A DNA stretch of 64,000 nt, taken from assembly GCF_004010195.1 (NCBI RefSeq), contig NC_057749.1:6903416-6967415 (forward strand). Reading direction: 5' to 3'. How positions within the stretch are numbered: the first letter of the stretch is position 1; each line of letters begins with the position of its first letter. The notes below the pieces were generated by a model. It made no database searches. It was not told the DNA's origin and was given only the letters and a program-made list of their open reading frames with translations. The position numbers and the translations under genes were made by a program. Of the stretch, positions 36,235 to 49,623 are shown piece by piece. Source of the stretch: Chiloscyllium plagiosum. Taxonomy: Eukaryota.

Positions 36235-37519
36235 CAACAGATTTCAATTCAGCATTCTGACATCCATCTCTAAGCAGTAATCTCAAACAGCCTCACACAT
36301 TTTCTTCCCACACTAACTGTTCTTTCATGTTGTATGAATCGTATCTGCACTGAACAATGTGCAAGACCTGAAACGTTGAGGATGCTCATCTGTAACATTG
36401 ACAAAGGATCAATTATCCCATTATATAATCAGAGAGAACAACCTCGGCAACTGAAATTTAAATAATTACTAAGATCGCCATTAATGCAACTTGGGCCAAA
36501 TACACTGAACAGTCTGGTTGTCAATTATATGCTTCTAATTTTCAGAAGTTTAACTGTGAAGATTTCTTGCCCCTTTCCTCACAATCCACAATTAAATAAC
36601 TTGAATTTTGACTATGATATGATTGAACTATTCTTCTAAAATCCTAAGTTTGATCAGATAAACGCAATCCGCTGGGTACATGCTTCCTATGATCTTCCAT
36701 AATCCAAAGTGATCATAGACTGGGAGACCACCAGAATCTATTGAAATGGATTAACTCTCAGGAGCATTGTCTACACACTCTTGCCACTGGAACCATCCAA
36801 GTGAAAAATTCACCATTCAGACACTTCAAAAACAGTGGTCATGTGGAATCCAGGAAGTATCCGACAGATATCCCGAGAAATTTAATTATTACAATAGTTT
36901 GAAGATCAGAAATTCCTGACATGTATCCTGCAAGTTTTACTCAGGAGATCAATCCATTTTGGATTCACTGCAGACTGAGAAGCGTGAAAGAGAGAATAAC
37001 ACTTGGCTTCACGTAAAACTCAACTAATAGGCTTTGCTGTTGGAAGCAGGCAGGGGATTAACAAGGTTTCACTTACCCTGTGGGTCTTATTAATCTCCAT
37101 AGTGTTTACTATGCTCATGCGGACGGAATAATGTAACAGTAGCAGAAATATACGTTGACATCATCCCTATTGTTGAAACATTTTTCGAATACAATGTGCT
37201 AAATCCTATTTTTATTGGACCCTTTAGAATGTGTGGTGACACATTGTGTTTCATGGCATTGTTTCCATTGTTCTATTTAATTCTGGCCTCTTGCGCATCT
37301 CTGACTTCCTTTACTTCACCACTGGTAGCTGTGCTTTCAGCTACCTGGGGTCTCAGCTCTAGAATTCCCATCTTTAACCAATTACGCCACCAAATACTGC
37401 TTAAAACAAGGTGCATGTTGAAGGGTCAGTCTCAAGGAAAGGGAGTTACTCCTCCACTTTTGCCAATGATCAGGCAACAGGGATAGTTCAATAGACCACT
37501 TTGTTTACCTACACCACGC

Positions 37520-38262
37520 CCATGGGAAATGAGAATCACTGGCTGGGCCAGCATTTACTGTCCATCCCTAGTTGCCCCTTGAGAAGGTGGTGCTGAGCTG
37601 CCTTCTTGAACCACTGCAGTCTTTGTACTGTAGGGTGGACCCAAAATGCCCTTAGGGAGGGAATTCCTAGACTTTGAGGAATAGTGATACACTAAAAAGA
37701 ACCTCGATTATCTGACGGACATGATGGGGAGTATTCCATTCAATTAATCGAATTCCAGATAATCAAATGCCGGATAACACAATTTAGCCAAGCATCAGGA
37801 CCTTGTGATCTTGCCAGATAAACCAATATTTGGATAATCGAATTCCAGATAATCGAGGTTCCTCTGTATTTCCAAGGCAGGATGGTGTGTGGCTTGGAGA
37901 TGGTGGTGTTCCCATGTATCTGCTTTCCTTGTCCTTCTAGTTGGATGTGGTCATGGATTTGGAAGATGCTGTCTAAGGATCTTTGGTAAATTTCTGCAGT
38001 GCATCTTGTATATGCTACACAAGACTCCCACTGACCATCATTTGTGAAGAGAGTGGATGCTTGTGAATATAGGGCCAATCAAGCGGGCTGCTTTGTCCTC
38101 GATGGTGTCAAGCTTCATGAGTGTTATTAGAGCTACACTCATCCAAGCAAGAGGAGAATACTTCATCACATGCCTAACTTGATGAACAGGCATTGTGGAG
38201 TCAGGAGGTGAGTTATTCACCGCAGAATTGCTAGCCTTTGACCTGCTCTTGCAGCCACTTGA
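37520..38262 (-). mobile_element. CR1/L2-group LINE 3' fragment (shares its tail with SINE family B), containing a nested MITE
   Basis: MKYSPLAWMS..KLDTIEDKAARLIG; tail ccttctcaaggggcaactagggatggacagtaaatgctggcccagcc. Confidence 0.75.
37695..37866. mobile_element. pogo/Tigger-like MITE
   Basis: gaacctcgattatc..gataatcgaggttcctctg followed by TA; homologous to 14211-14370 in the opposite orientation. Confidence 0.8.
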
Positions 38263-39121
38263 AGTCATAGAGTCATAGAGATGTACAGCATGGAAACAGA
38301 CCCTTCAGTCCAACTTGTACATGCTGACCAGATATCCTAGACTAATCTAGTCCCATTTGCCAGCATTTGACCAGATCCCTCTCAACACATCCAGATGCTT
38401 TTTAAATTGTACCAGCCTCCACCACTTTCTCTGGCATCTCATTCCAAACACACACTACCCTCTGTGTGAAAAAGTTGCCCCTTAGGTCCCTTTTAAATCT
38501 TTCCCATTTCACCTTAAACCTCTGCCCTCTAGTTTTGAACTCTGCTATCCTGGGGAAAAGACTTGGCTATTCACCCTATCCATGCCCCTCATGATTTTAT
38601 AAACTTCTATAAAGTCACCCCTCAGCCTCAGACGCTCCAGGGAAAACAGCCCCAACTTATTCAGCCCCTCCCCATAGTTCAAACTGTCCAACCCTGGCAA
38701 CATCCTTGTAAATCTTTTCAGAACTCTTTCAAGTTGCACAACCTTTTTCTGATAGCAGGGAGACCAGAATTGAATGCAGTATTCAAAAAGTGGCTTCACT
38801 AATATCCTGCATACCCATAATTCGACATCCTAACTCCTATACTTAATGCACTGACTAATAAAGCCAAGCATGCCAAACGCCTTCTTCACTATCCTGCCTA
38901 CCTGTGGCTCCACTTTCAAGGAAATATGAACCTGCATCTCAAGGTCTCTTTGTTTGGCAAAACCTCCCAGGATTCCACCATTAAATATATAAGTCTTACC
39001 CTTACCAAAATGCAACACCTCACATTTATCTAAATTAAACTCATTCTGCCACTCCTCGGCCTATTGGCCCATTTGATTAAGGTCCCATTGTAAGCTGAGA
39101 TAACCCTCTTTACTGTCCACT
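38263..39121 (-). mobile_element. HER1/CR1 LINE 3' fragment
   Basis: LHFGKG..QRDL..VKKAFGMLGFI; EYCIQFWSP..LERV.KRFTRMLPGL; ctctatgactctatgac tail. Confidence 0.93.
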
Positions 39122-39251
39122 GCGCAACAGGAGCGGTGGGATAGCAGCCCTCCATTTACAAGAGAAAGCAATTAAGAAACGCAGAGGAAGAAACAAACCA
39201 GCATAACAAGGATTTTGGACAGAGGTTACAGTCTTAAATTGTTGGATCTAA

Positions 39252-39700
39252 TAGAATCATAGAGATCTACAGCTTGGAAAAAGGTCCTTTGGTCCAACTT
39301 GCCAATGCTGTCCAGTTTTCACAATTAACCTAGTCCCATTTGCTTGCATTTGGCCCCTTATCTCTCCATAACTATCCCATCCATGTAACTGTCCACATGT
39401 TTTTAAATGATGAAATTGTACTTGCTTCCACCACTACCTCTGGCTGCCTGTTCCAGTCACTCACCATTCTCTGTGTGAAAAAAAATTGCCCCTCTGCACC
39501 CCTTTGTATTGAGAGTATTGTAGCAGAAGGCACTAAAATAAGTGAAAAGGCAAGTTGCGAGGGGGATACAAACAGTTTACAGAGGGAGATGTTGATCAGT
39601 TCAGCAAGAAGACAAAAACGTTGGGAAATGGGGTATGATGTGGAAAATTATGAAGTTGTGCATCTTGGAATGGAGAACAGAAGAACAGAGTCCCATTGAA
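39252..39700. mobile_element. CR1 fragments: minus-strand 3' end joined to a plus-strand RT remnant
   Basis: Minus-strand tail at 39252-39500, then AEGTKI..SLQRE..WEM..VE.YEVVHLG on the plus strand. Confidence 0.65.
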
Positions 39701-40701
39701 ATGGAGAAAAGAAGGCTTTAATGTATCCAGTAGAAAGATAAGACATTGTGCATTGTCAGAACACTCTGCTCCCATGTCTTCCACTGTATCACGGAGCCTT
39801 CCCATTTGTTCTGCTTAACGCCCTCCTTATTTCATTTGCTCAAGCTTTTCTTCGTCCTGATGAAAAGTAGCTGCCACCAGGCCTGTTCAGTATTTCCAAC
39901 ATGCTCCGAATTCTTGTTAATCTTCAGCTCCTCGAGCTCTACCAGCCTTTTTTTTTCTGTGTGTGTTAGCCCATCCTAAATCTTAAAAGTATGAGGTGAT
40001 TTGATTCTAAAAGACATATTTTGTGCAGTCGCCAGGCACGCAGCTTCATAAAAACAGATTTATAAGTCTTGTACTGTCCAAAAAGATGTTTAATGTAACA
40101 ACAGTGATAGCCCTGCAATCTATTTGTTCCCATCTTAGCTATTACTAACCTGCTCCCTCAGGAGTAATGTCACATCACACAACTGAAAAAAAAACAGCCT
40201 TGCAAACAAAATCCCTGGATGACTCAGGGTCTTTAAATTTGCAAAGTCACCTGCGCCATTAATATCAAGCACAATATAATTAAAGCTGGAGGGGCTGGGT
40301 GAGGATTTGCAGTAAAAATCAGTCTAGTTTCAAAGATACAGCTGCTTTTGAGGCCATTGCAGTTGCAAATTACCTTGGCAGCAATTTAAATTTGACATTT
40401 TACGCCAAACAGATCAGAATATGGGTTCTTTCACACCAATTCACATTCTCAGCCCTGCCTCCTGGTGGTACCCAAGAGATGGACAAACCATTCTTTGGCT
40501 CTCTGTTTTATTGAATTGTCCGTGGAATAGGATTAAGATGGTACCCAGAGGGCCAGTTGTCTCCATTCCCTCTGTTGATCAATAAGCTTTTGTTTTGGAG
40601 TGTCAAATTGCACTGAGGTCAATGTGAGAGTCGAAATGAGCCCAGGGTTCTCTGCACTGCCATGCAGTTGGCAAGGCTCAAGGTCAAATGGAAGCATTTA
40701 C

Positions 40702-41010
40702 AGGCGGCACAGCACGGTGGCTCAGTGGTTAGCACTGCTGCCTCACAGCGCCAGAGTCCCGGGTTCAATTCCCGCCTCAGGCAACTGTCTGTGTGGAGTT
40801 TGCACATTCTCCCCATGTCGGTGTGGGTTTCCTCCGGGTGCTCTGGTTTCCTCCCACAGTCCAAAGATGTGCAGGTTAGGTGAATTGGCCATAGTGTTAG
40901 GTGAAGGGGTAAATGTAGGGGAATAAGTCTGCGTGGGTTGCTCTTCGAAGGGTCGGTGTAGACTTGTTGGGCCGAAGGGCCTGTTTCCACACTGTAAGTA
41001 ATCTAATCTC
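40702..41010 (+). mobile_element. HE1-type SINE, young-looking copy
   Basis: ggcggcacagcacggtggctcagtgg, ggttcaattcc, CpGs retained, (taatc)n tail. Confidence 0.93.
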
Positions 41011-41949
41011 AATCCACTCTTGCGTTAAGTGAACAATGGGGCAATGATGACTGCAGGCTTACACTGTGTGTGTTATGGGGTCATTGGATGTAGCTTTGTT
41101 GTTGAGAGATCAACCACTTGCTGTGCTAAAATGCATAACTTCAAAGAACATGGTTGAAAGCAATTGTATGTGGAATGCAAGAAATTAAAGGATGCAAACT
41201 GCTCTATCTACTTATGATCAATAACTCTCTCTCTTATGAGCAGAAATTTCATAAAAAGATTTTCTGAAGCGGGCAGTACTGCAATGATAGAGAGGGCATG
41301 AAATTCGATTAAATTAAATTCACCACAATCAGCAAATTATCTCAGGGAGAAAATAACCTGGATTTAAAATTTCCTTTCTCATTGACCTTGAATTTTTCGT
41401 TGTGAATTTCTTAATAAGAAAGCACAGGAGAGTGGTTTATCGTGCACTTTTCATTGTCATCAATCCCTGGAAATATTTCGTGTGTCTTGAGGTGAGTCAG
41501 CGGGTCGGTCTAGAGCCACAGCTCCTTCGACAGAGAGTAGAAGAGTTGTGATAAAGAAGTGGAGGTGGGGAAAGGCAGCTTGTCAAGGTAAGGATCTCCT
41601 TCCTTCTCTTTTCAAACCCATTTCAACATTCTGATTCTGCCAGGTGCAAGAGCAAAACGCCAGGTGCAAAGAACCAAAAACAACATGCCTCCCTTTTCAG
41701 CAAGATCCAAATTCTGCCCCACCAAGCGACTTTTCAATCATCAGTAATGCTCATGGAGAATGTGAATAATAGGGGATGCAGGAGAAACTTCTATCGCCAG
41801 AGATAATGTAAAACTCACTGCAACACAGAATGGTTGTGACAATTTGTATCGTTACATTACACAGAGAAGCTAGATGAGAAAGGAATAGAAGGACAGGATT
41901 ATAAATTGAGATGGACAGAAGAGGTTCGTGTGAAGCACCAATACCAGCA

Positions 41950-42162
41950 TGGCTAGCTCAGTTTGCTGGCTGGCTGGTTTGCAATGCAGAATAATGCCAA
42001 CAGAGTGGGTTCAATTTCTGTATTGGCTGAGGGTGACATTAGGTCTCTCTTTTTCAATCTCCCCCTTGCCTGAGGAAGGATGATTCTTGGTTAAACCACC
42101 ATCAGTTGTCTCTCTCTAATGAGAGAGCAGCCCTATGGTCTGGTACGATTATGGTGACCTTG
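41950..42162 (+). mobile_element. SINE family C
   Basis: tagctcagtttgctgg A-box-like, gggttcaattt B-box-like, ctaatgagagagcagccctatggtctgg. Confidence 0.75.
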
Positions 42163-43829
42163 CCGGTCGAACTGAATGACCGGTTTCCATGCTGCAACGT
42201 GCTAAGTCAAAAAGCAAGGATTCAGCATCTGTTGCCTGTGGCTGAGTCAATATTCATTCAATTGGGTAAATGACTGGTGGGAAATGGACTGCATTTGCTA
42301 TCAGAAGCACAATACTCCCATTCTGCAGCTGTCTCTGTCTCCAAAGCTCTCTCAGCAGAGTTTGACACACACACACGCACACATCCAATTTTTTTACATT
42401 AAGCTAAGCTACTCAGGAACGCCAAGGTTCAATGGCCTCTCCACGAAGGCAGCAGTGAGGATTAAAGCCTCAGCTACAGCCATCAGTGCTCAGTCCCATT
42501 AGCAAGCTGTCAGACTGCAACTGTGCTCTGAATGAAGCCACTGCAACGACGTGCCTGGACAAATGAGAAACCTGAATGGGAAGGCATGAAATTGGAAATG
42601 TGAAGTGGTGGAATGGCAGGGAGAGGACTTACTGAGATGGGGAGAGAGAGAGAGGAAGAAAAAACAGCATGTGATGAGGTAATCAGGAAAGCCTGGGAAG
42701 ACTTTAAATTAGACAATCCCACAGCTCTAAGGAAATAAGAAAACCAGGTGGTGACACAAACCAATCATGTATTTCTCTATCAAATTACAATCACTCTGCA
42801 CGAGCTGTGTGGAATGCTAAAACAACTATTAGACTTTTAGCAGCCCTTTATCCTGCTTTTATTCCTGGCCTGATCTCATCCTCACATACATCCATCAGAA
42901 TGGTTATTCCTTTTTGACATCCTGCACAGAGTCTCAAAATGCATCACGGTTCTTGGCGGGGGTTAAAATTACACTGCACTGGGTTTAGCATTCTCGCCTG
43001 GTTCCAAAGAATTTCATCACTTTGCCTGTTGTTTCCCTTCCTTCTCCTAACACACATATATGCGGGCTCCAATAAGAGGGATAACTGCATTGAGATGAGT
43101 TAGGTCACAGGCTCAGCATTTACTAGCCCACCATGCCCGACCAAGGGGATTCGGAATTTCGCGCAATTCAGTCAGATGGAAAAGGATAAGCTGATGATCC
43201 AGACCGGGATATCTGCTTATTGAAACAGTAATTGGATGTATACAACATCAGACAGGAGACAGATCACCAAATCCTACTGGGGAGGAAGCAAACAGATGCT
43301 GTTTAGATAACAAACCTCGACCATCAGACATTATCAAGAAAGGGAACCATCATTTAATACCAAGCGGGACAAAGAGAATGAGATCAGATTTATTAAGGCC
43401 CAGTGATAAAATGTGTACTCTTCTCTCTTGTAAAACATTTACACAACTTTTCAGGGAAATCTCGCTGCTTTCATTCTAATTACAGGATAGAATTTGTATT
43501 CCAAGCTAAGTCACATGATATTCAGTGAAGGACAGAATAAAAGTAGTAGGCTCATTTCCAAAGCTCAGAATTGTTGTTAATACTCGGCCATGCTGTCCAG
43601 TTATTTTACCATCTCTCTGGGTTAGTTGGAGTGTTTCAGCCAATATCTTGTGATAGGCAAGGTGCACTTAATATCACAGTTGATTTTCTGTTAACTAAAT
43701 AAATACTAGATGCAATGTATTCTTTGATTGGAGACCTTTGAAAGGGATAATGACAATGTCATCATGCTTCTTCTTAACCAAGCTCATGTGGATGTGTTGT
43801 TTATTAAGAATAGGAAAGGAATAAGACAC

Positions 43830-44250
43830 AGGGTTCCATAACGGGTTTTGAGAAGATTTGTAGCTCAGGTTGAGATTCTGGAAGTAGGTTTTGCTCGCTG
43901 AGCTGCTAGGTTCATTTCCAGATGTTTTATCACCCTCCTTGGTAACATCTTCAGTGGGCCTCCGGGCGAAGCACTGTTGATAAATCCTGCTTTCTATTGA
44001 TATGTTTGGGTTTCTTTGGGTCGGTGATGTCATTTCCTGTTCTTTTTCTCAGGGGGTGGTAGATGGGGTCTAACTTGATATGTTTGTTGATAGAGTTCCA
44101 GTTGGAATGCCATGCTTCTAGGAATTCTCATGCGTGTCTCTGTTTGGCTTATCCTAGAATGGATGTGTTGTCCCAATCGAAGTGGTGTCCTTCCTTATCT
44201 GTATGTAAGGATACTAAAGAGAGAAGGTCATGTCATTTTGTGGCTATTTG
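43830..44250 (-). mobile_element. Penelope-like element 3' fragment (family 4) with degenerate hammerhead motif
   Basis: Minus translation SLVSLHTDKEGHHFDWDNTSILG*AKQRHA*EFLEAWHSN..SINKHI (end of PLE endonuclease); ctgaagatgttacc..gggtgataaaacatctg at ~43918-43957. Confidence 0.75.
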
Positions 44251-44269
44251 ATGGCCGTCTCTCACTAGT

Positions 44270-44782
44270 TAGGAATGACACCATTCAGGACAAAGCATTC
44301 TGTTTGACTGACATCATATCTGTCACCTTCACTTCTTCCAACATCATTATTCGGTGGGTTCAAAGTTTTTTTTTATATACAAGATGCTCTGTGACACTGT
44401 AAACTCTACCACCAATGTACTGTAGCAGCAGTGCGTATCATCTAAAAGATAGACTGCAGAGGTTTACCAATGCCCTTTAGTTAGCATCTTCCAACAACAA
44501 CCACTTGCATCTCAAAAGGCAAGGGCAGAAGATACATGGGAGCACTCCCACCTGCAATTCCCCTCTCAGCCACTCATCATCCTGACTTGGAAATACATCA
44601 CTGTTTCTTCAGTGTTGCTGGGTCAAAGTCCTAGAACTTCCTCTCTCATTGCATTGTGGGTCTGTCTGTAACATGTGATCTGCAAGAAGGCAACTCACCA
44701 CCACATTCTCCAGGGCAACCAAGGATGGGTAATAAATGCTGATCCAGCCAACGATGCCCACACCTCATTAATGAATAAAAAT
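44270..44782 (+). mobile_element. CR1/L2-group LINE 3' fragment
   Basis: gacaccattcaggacaaagca..caagaaggcaactcaccaccacattctccagggcaaccaaggatgggtaataaatgc; homologous to 37520-38262. Confidence 0.7.
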
Positions 44783-44969
44783 GAGCACAGTGAGCAAAAG
44801 GAAATTGTGCATCTTTGTGTCTAGTGCAAGCTTGAAAACTTGTTTATCAGTCATTTCAAAATTGCTGGCAGGGGGTACTGATTCCCACGCCCAACTGCCT
44901 TCTGTGTCACCAGAGACTGGCATGATTGACGTTGCTAGACATTTCAGGTTCTGGGGTTGAATTATAGGA

Positions 44970-45130
44970 TCATAGAGTCATGGAGATGCACGGCACAGAA
45001 ACAGACCCTTCTGGTCCATGCAGACCAGATATCCTAACCTAATCTCGTTCCATTTGCCAGCACTTGGCCCACATCCCTCCAAACCCTTCCTATTCATATA
45101 CCCATCCAGATGCCTTTTAAATGTTTTAAT
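44970..45130 (-). mobile_element. HER1/CR1 3' end
   Basis: catagagtcatggagatg..aaacccttcctattcatatacccatccagatgcc. Confidence 0.8.
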
Positions 45131-45684
45131 CGTTCAATAAAATACAGCTGACTGAACTGCTGGCTTTTGCTTTATGTTGACAATGATGTAAAGAACCCCA
45201 AAGTGTAAGTATATTTTTAGATATAAACAGCACTCAAATGCAGTCATTATATATTTCTCTACTCCACCAAATGAAATGGCAATCAAAGTGGCAAATGCAG
45301 CAGCAGCATCTGCTTAAACATCAACTTATATTAAGTTTATATTAAGACATTAGCATCGTTGAAGGTTCCTCGCAAGAAAGACGATCAAACAATATTTGAC
45401 ACTGAGCCGCATAATGTGCTTTTGGGATTGGTGACCGTAAAGCTTGATCAAAGAAATAACATTTCAAGAGGCATTAGGGGAAAGATGTGGTGAGATGGAG
45501 AGATCCAGGCATCAAACTCAAAGCCTACATGCCAGGCAGCTACTGCCATTGGTGAATTAAGAAATATAGTACTTCAGCGGCTAATGAGTTACATCTGAAG
45601 GCCAAATGTGAATGGCAAGCTTCACAGAATACGATCCCCTAGACATCAGTGAGATGAATGACCTGCTAATCTGCTTTGTTGTGG

Positions 45685-45945
45685 ATAGAATCACACAGCA
45701 CGGAAACAGACCCTTCGGCCCAACCAATCCATGCTGACCATAATCCCAAACTAAACTAGACCCACCCGCCTGTGCTTGGCCCATATGCCTCCAAACATTT
45801 CTTATTCATGTCCTTATCTTTGAACTGCTGCAACTGTATCCATGTCCACCACTTCCTCTGGAATTTCATTCCACTCATGCATCACACTCTGTGTAAATAA
45901 ATTGCCCCTCATGCCTTTTTTTAAATCTTTCTCCTCTCATCCTAA
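45685..45945 (-). mobile_element. HER1/CR1 3' end
   Basis: cagcacggaaacagacccttcggcccaacc..ccacttcctctgg. Confidence 0.8.
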
Positions 45946-46419
45946 TAATACGGATCACCTGAAGTTAAGGAATAGCTATGAATCTAAGTAATTTGAGAAT
46001 TCAATGTTCTCCTTCACAAAAATGGCAGGGGTTTTTATTTTCTTTAAAAAATGATTCTGTTGGAAAATGCGAAGAGAGTAAATGGAGTTTTGATGACCGG
46101 TACGGTACTGATGGATCGAAGGACCTCCTTGCATGTGATGAAAGCTCTGTGAATCTCTGCACGACTCTTCCTGGTCATTGCTGGTCCATAAATGTCCTTG
46201 AGAAGATGGTGGTGAGCCTTCATCTCAGGCCTCTGCGTCTTACCGTGTGGGGTGGATTGTTGGGTCTGCGGTTTTGAAGATTTGGAAGGGATAGTGCGTA
46301 AACCCACAGGCATCCACAGGAAAGCAGTTCCGGGATTTTGACCCAACACTAATGAGTGAATAGTAATACAGTTTCAAGTTAGGATGATTTAAGGTTTGAA
46401 GGGGAACTTGCAATTCCTT

Positions 46420-47128
46420 CAGGAAGCAAGGTGGCGAGCACGTCCATGTCTACATCAATGGTGCTGAGGTGGAGATGGTCGAGAGCATCAAGTTCTAGGG
46501 AGTGATGATCACCAACAATCTGTCCTGGTCCACTCACATTGATGCGATGGTCAAGGGAGCACAATAATGCCTCTACTCCCTCAGAAGACTAAGGAAATAG
46601 GGCATGTCTGTAAAGACTCTTACCAAATTTTTATAGATGTGCCATCGAATTCAGATACTAGCATGGCAACTGCTCTGCCCAGGACTGTAAGAAACTATAG
46701 AGTTGTGAACACAGCCCAACCTTCAACACACAAACCAACCTTCCATCTATTGACTCCATTTGCATTTCCCACTGCCTCATGAAGGCAACCAACACCATCA
46801 AAGACCCCTCCCCACCCCAGTTATAATCTCTTCCAACCTCTTCCATTGGGCAGAATCTATGAAAGCTTAAACACACGTACAAACAGATTCAAGAACAGCT
46901 TCTTCCCCACTGTTATTAGACTTCTGAATGGTCCCTTCAAATTTCAAACTTAATGTTGATCTTGCTCTTTGTTAACCTTCTCTGTAGCCATAAGATTGTA
47001 TTCCTTGCTCTGTTCTATTGTCCTAATGCACTTTGTATGGTATGATCTGCCTGTACTGCATGCAAAACAAAACTTTTCACCGTACTGAGGTACGTATGAC
47101 AATAATAAACCAAATCAAATCAAATCAA
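46420..47128 (+). mobile_element. Rex1/Babar-type LINE 3' fragment
   Basis: Translates INGAEVEMVESIKF*GVMITNNLSWSTHIDAMVK..LYSLRRLRK; agattcaagaacagcttcttcccc; (caaat)n tail. Confidence 0.8.
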
Positions 47129-47989
47129 GAAAATCACTTCAAAGTATAGACTAGGCTGCAGTCCAATTTCTCACTGAAAGACAGTACCTCTTACAGCGCA
47201 ACACATTCTCTGCACTCTACCTAATGTGGTCATTTAGATCACCTGCCCAATATATTGTCAAGTGTAAACTCCCCTCCCAGAGTGACGGGCCATCGATGAA
47301 GTAGAGCAGGCACACACAGGCAAGGAGGAAGAAAAACTACTTCAGGAATTGTCATCCAGCATCAGTGGGCGCACTGAGACAGGGTTGGTTTTGAGGGGGA
47401 TGCCTTGCGAATATAAAAGGGGCAGGGGGGTCTGACAGGCATAAACAGGGCAGAATGGCTGTCCAACCCACTCCCCAAACCCCAACTAATATGGTTAAAA
47501 ATATATTAAATTAAGAATGAAATTGTGACATCAAGTACTTTTTTTTTATTCTGGGCTCTGTTCTATTGTAACTACAATATGCATTACCGTTCCTGCCTTC
47601 AGGCTTGATTAGACATGTAATCTCGTGTGAAAGGGAATGAGAAGGGAAAACAAAAGGATAAATGAGCTCTTCACTGCTAAAGTGCGCGGCCGCCATTAAA
47701 TTAATTGCCTCCATTCATGTGTGTCGTCCATCAGATGTTATAATGCCTGGACTTTCACAAAGGCAAACCAAACTTCCCTCTCTTAACTCTTAAACTGCCT
47801 GCTCCCTGCAATGTGCTCTGCTCTCTCCTCCCCAAACCTGCTTCGAATCATACCTATCCAGGTAAAGGATGTCAATGCAAGGGAATTGAACCCTATTTAT
47901 GCCAAGTGTGGGTGCGGCAGGAGAAGCCTGATAGGTCGGTAACTCTGTATTCTAACTCTTCAACCAAAAGTGCTGCCTTGTGTATTTCT

Positions 47990-48190
47990 GTGACGTGGAG
48001 ATGCTGACGTGTGGTGGACAAAGTCAGAAGCCACAGGTTACCAGACTATAGTCCAATAGGTTTATATTGAAATCACAAGCTTTCGGAGCACCGCTCCTTC
48101 GTCAGGTGAAAGCTGTGATTTTTGTGAAATTTGTGATTTCAAATAAACCTGTTGGACTATAATCTGGTGTTGCGTGACTTCTGACTCTGA
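47990..48190. mobile_element. Inverted PLE pseudo-LTR pair (family 2-like)
   Basis: ccagactatagtccaataggtttat mirrored by ataaacctgttggactataatctgg. Confidence 0.75.
48073..48109 (-). ncRNA. Minimal type-I hammerhead ribozyme motif, core intact
   Basis: Minus strand tcac-CTGACGA-a-ggagc(ggt)gctcc-GAAA-g-CTT-gtga; 4-bp stem I; palindromic AGCT stem III. Confidence 0.65.
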
Positions 48191-48439
48191 GTTTTTCCAG
48201 CATTTCCTGTTTTTTTAGAATGGATGCAATGCAGCCTGAAGCAAAGTAAGTCTCCTGCCAAACAATCACCTCTCATTGTATCCAAACAGAATCTGTCTAA
48301 GATCCTTCGGGTGGTCACTGTCTCTCTCGAAGGATGGAACCAAGGTATTGACTTAAGGCCAGCTTTCTGCACTCAGTCAACAGAGCCATGGAGGAGTTGA
48401 TCAGGGCAAATAGGTTCCTTCACCACTACACAGAAACAA

Positions 48440-48780
48440 TCAAATTCGGATCAGGAGTAGGCCTTTCAGCCCTTCAAGCCTGCTCTATTATCTAACATGA
48501 TCATGGCTGATCATCCAATTCTGTAGCTGTTCCCACTTGCCCCACCCATACCCTTTGACCTCTTCATCTCTGAAAGCTATACCGAGCTCTTTGAAAACTT
48601 TCAACCGTTTGGCTTCAACTGCTATCCCCAATCATCAGAGATATCTTTTCTGCACTAACCCTGTCTCACCATGTTAGAATTTTGTAAGTTTCTATGAGAT
48701 TATCCCCCAACCTCCCCTCCCGGTTCTTCTAAATTCCAGTGAATATGATCCTAACCCATTCAGTCTCTCTTCCCAGCCAG
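48440..48780 (-). mobile_element. Degenerate CR1 3' fragment
   Basis: aggagtaggcctttcagcccttcaagcctgctc..atgatcatggctgatc. Confidence 0.6.
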
Positions 48781-49054
48781 CAGAGTATCTATTTAATATA
48801 TTCTCAAGAAATAAGCATCAATAGCAAAGCTGCCTGTGCTTAGTTGCTGAGGAGAAAGTGGTTTTGAACTTTCTCCTTGAACATCTGTAGTCCTTCTGGT
48901 TGTGTGCAGCCACAGTGCTATTAGGCATGGATTTCAGGACAATAAACAAGTGACTGATTTACATCCTAGCCGGGATGGTGCGTGATTCAGAGTTTAAAGA
49001 GTGCTTTGTGCTTGTCATGCTGTGGCGGGGGGGAGGGGGGGGGGGAGGGGGGGG

Positions 49055-49270
49055 AGAGTTGGTTAGCTCGGTTGGCTGGTTTGTTATGTGGGGTGACACC
49101 AAAAGTGTGGGTTTAATTCCCTCACTGCCTGAGGTTACCATGAAGGACTCTCCTTCTCGATCTTCCTCCCCTCGCCTGAAGCACGGTGACTCTCAGGTTA
49201 AGCCACCACCAGTTGTTTCTCTCTCTCATGACAGAGCATTCCTATGGTCTGGGAAGACTATGGCGGCTTT
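49055..49270 (+). mobile_element. SINE family C
   Basis: ggttagctcggttggctgg, gggtttaattccc, ctgaggttaccatgaaggactctcc. Confidence 0.75.
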
Positions 49271-49623
49271 TGCATGTTTGCGAATTTAATGGTAATGGTT
49301 TGATAATCAATCACTCATCAGGGGACACTTAAAACTGTAAAACACATTTTAAGTTATGAAGCAGGGGTGTCACAGCAAAGCAACTGGATTCTGTGAGTGT
49401 AGCTTCCAAAAACAAAGCAGGAATACTGATTAAGAGCTTATGCTCAAAATGTAGATCCTCCTGTTCCTCAGATGCTGCCTGACCAGCACGACACTTCTTG
49501 ACTCTGATCTCCAGCATCTGCAGGCCTCACTTTCTCCTCGATAAACTGACAGGCAGTGTCGGAGCCACATATACACGCAGCACAAGGCATCCTTGAAGGT
49601 TTCCTAAAGGGAAGGTTCAAATA

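Noticed and set aside
19781..37080. Strong minus-strand gtaagt donors at ~19788 and ~37076
   Set aside because: Upstream frames hit stops or lack convincing acceptors; the hexamer is expected many times per 64 kb
47640..47760. Homeobox-motif and CpG cluster (gcgcggccgccattaaattaattgcc) as an enhancer
   Set aside because: Motif content alone is insufficient without conservation or chromatin data
49027..49055. G-run as a functional G-quadruplex
   Set aside because: Simple homopolymer tract at a SINE edge with no supporting context
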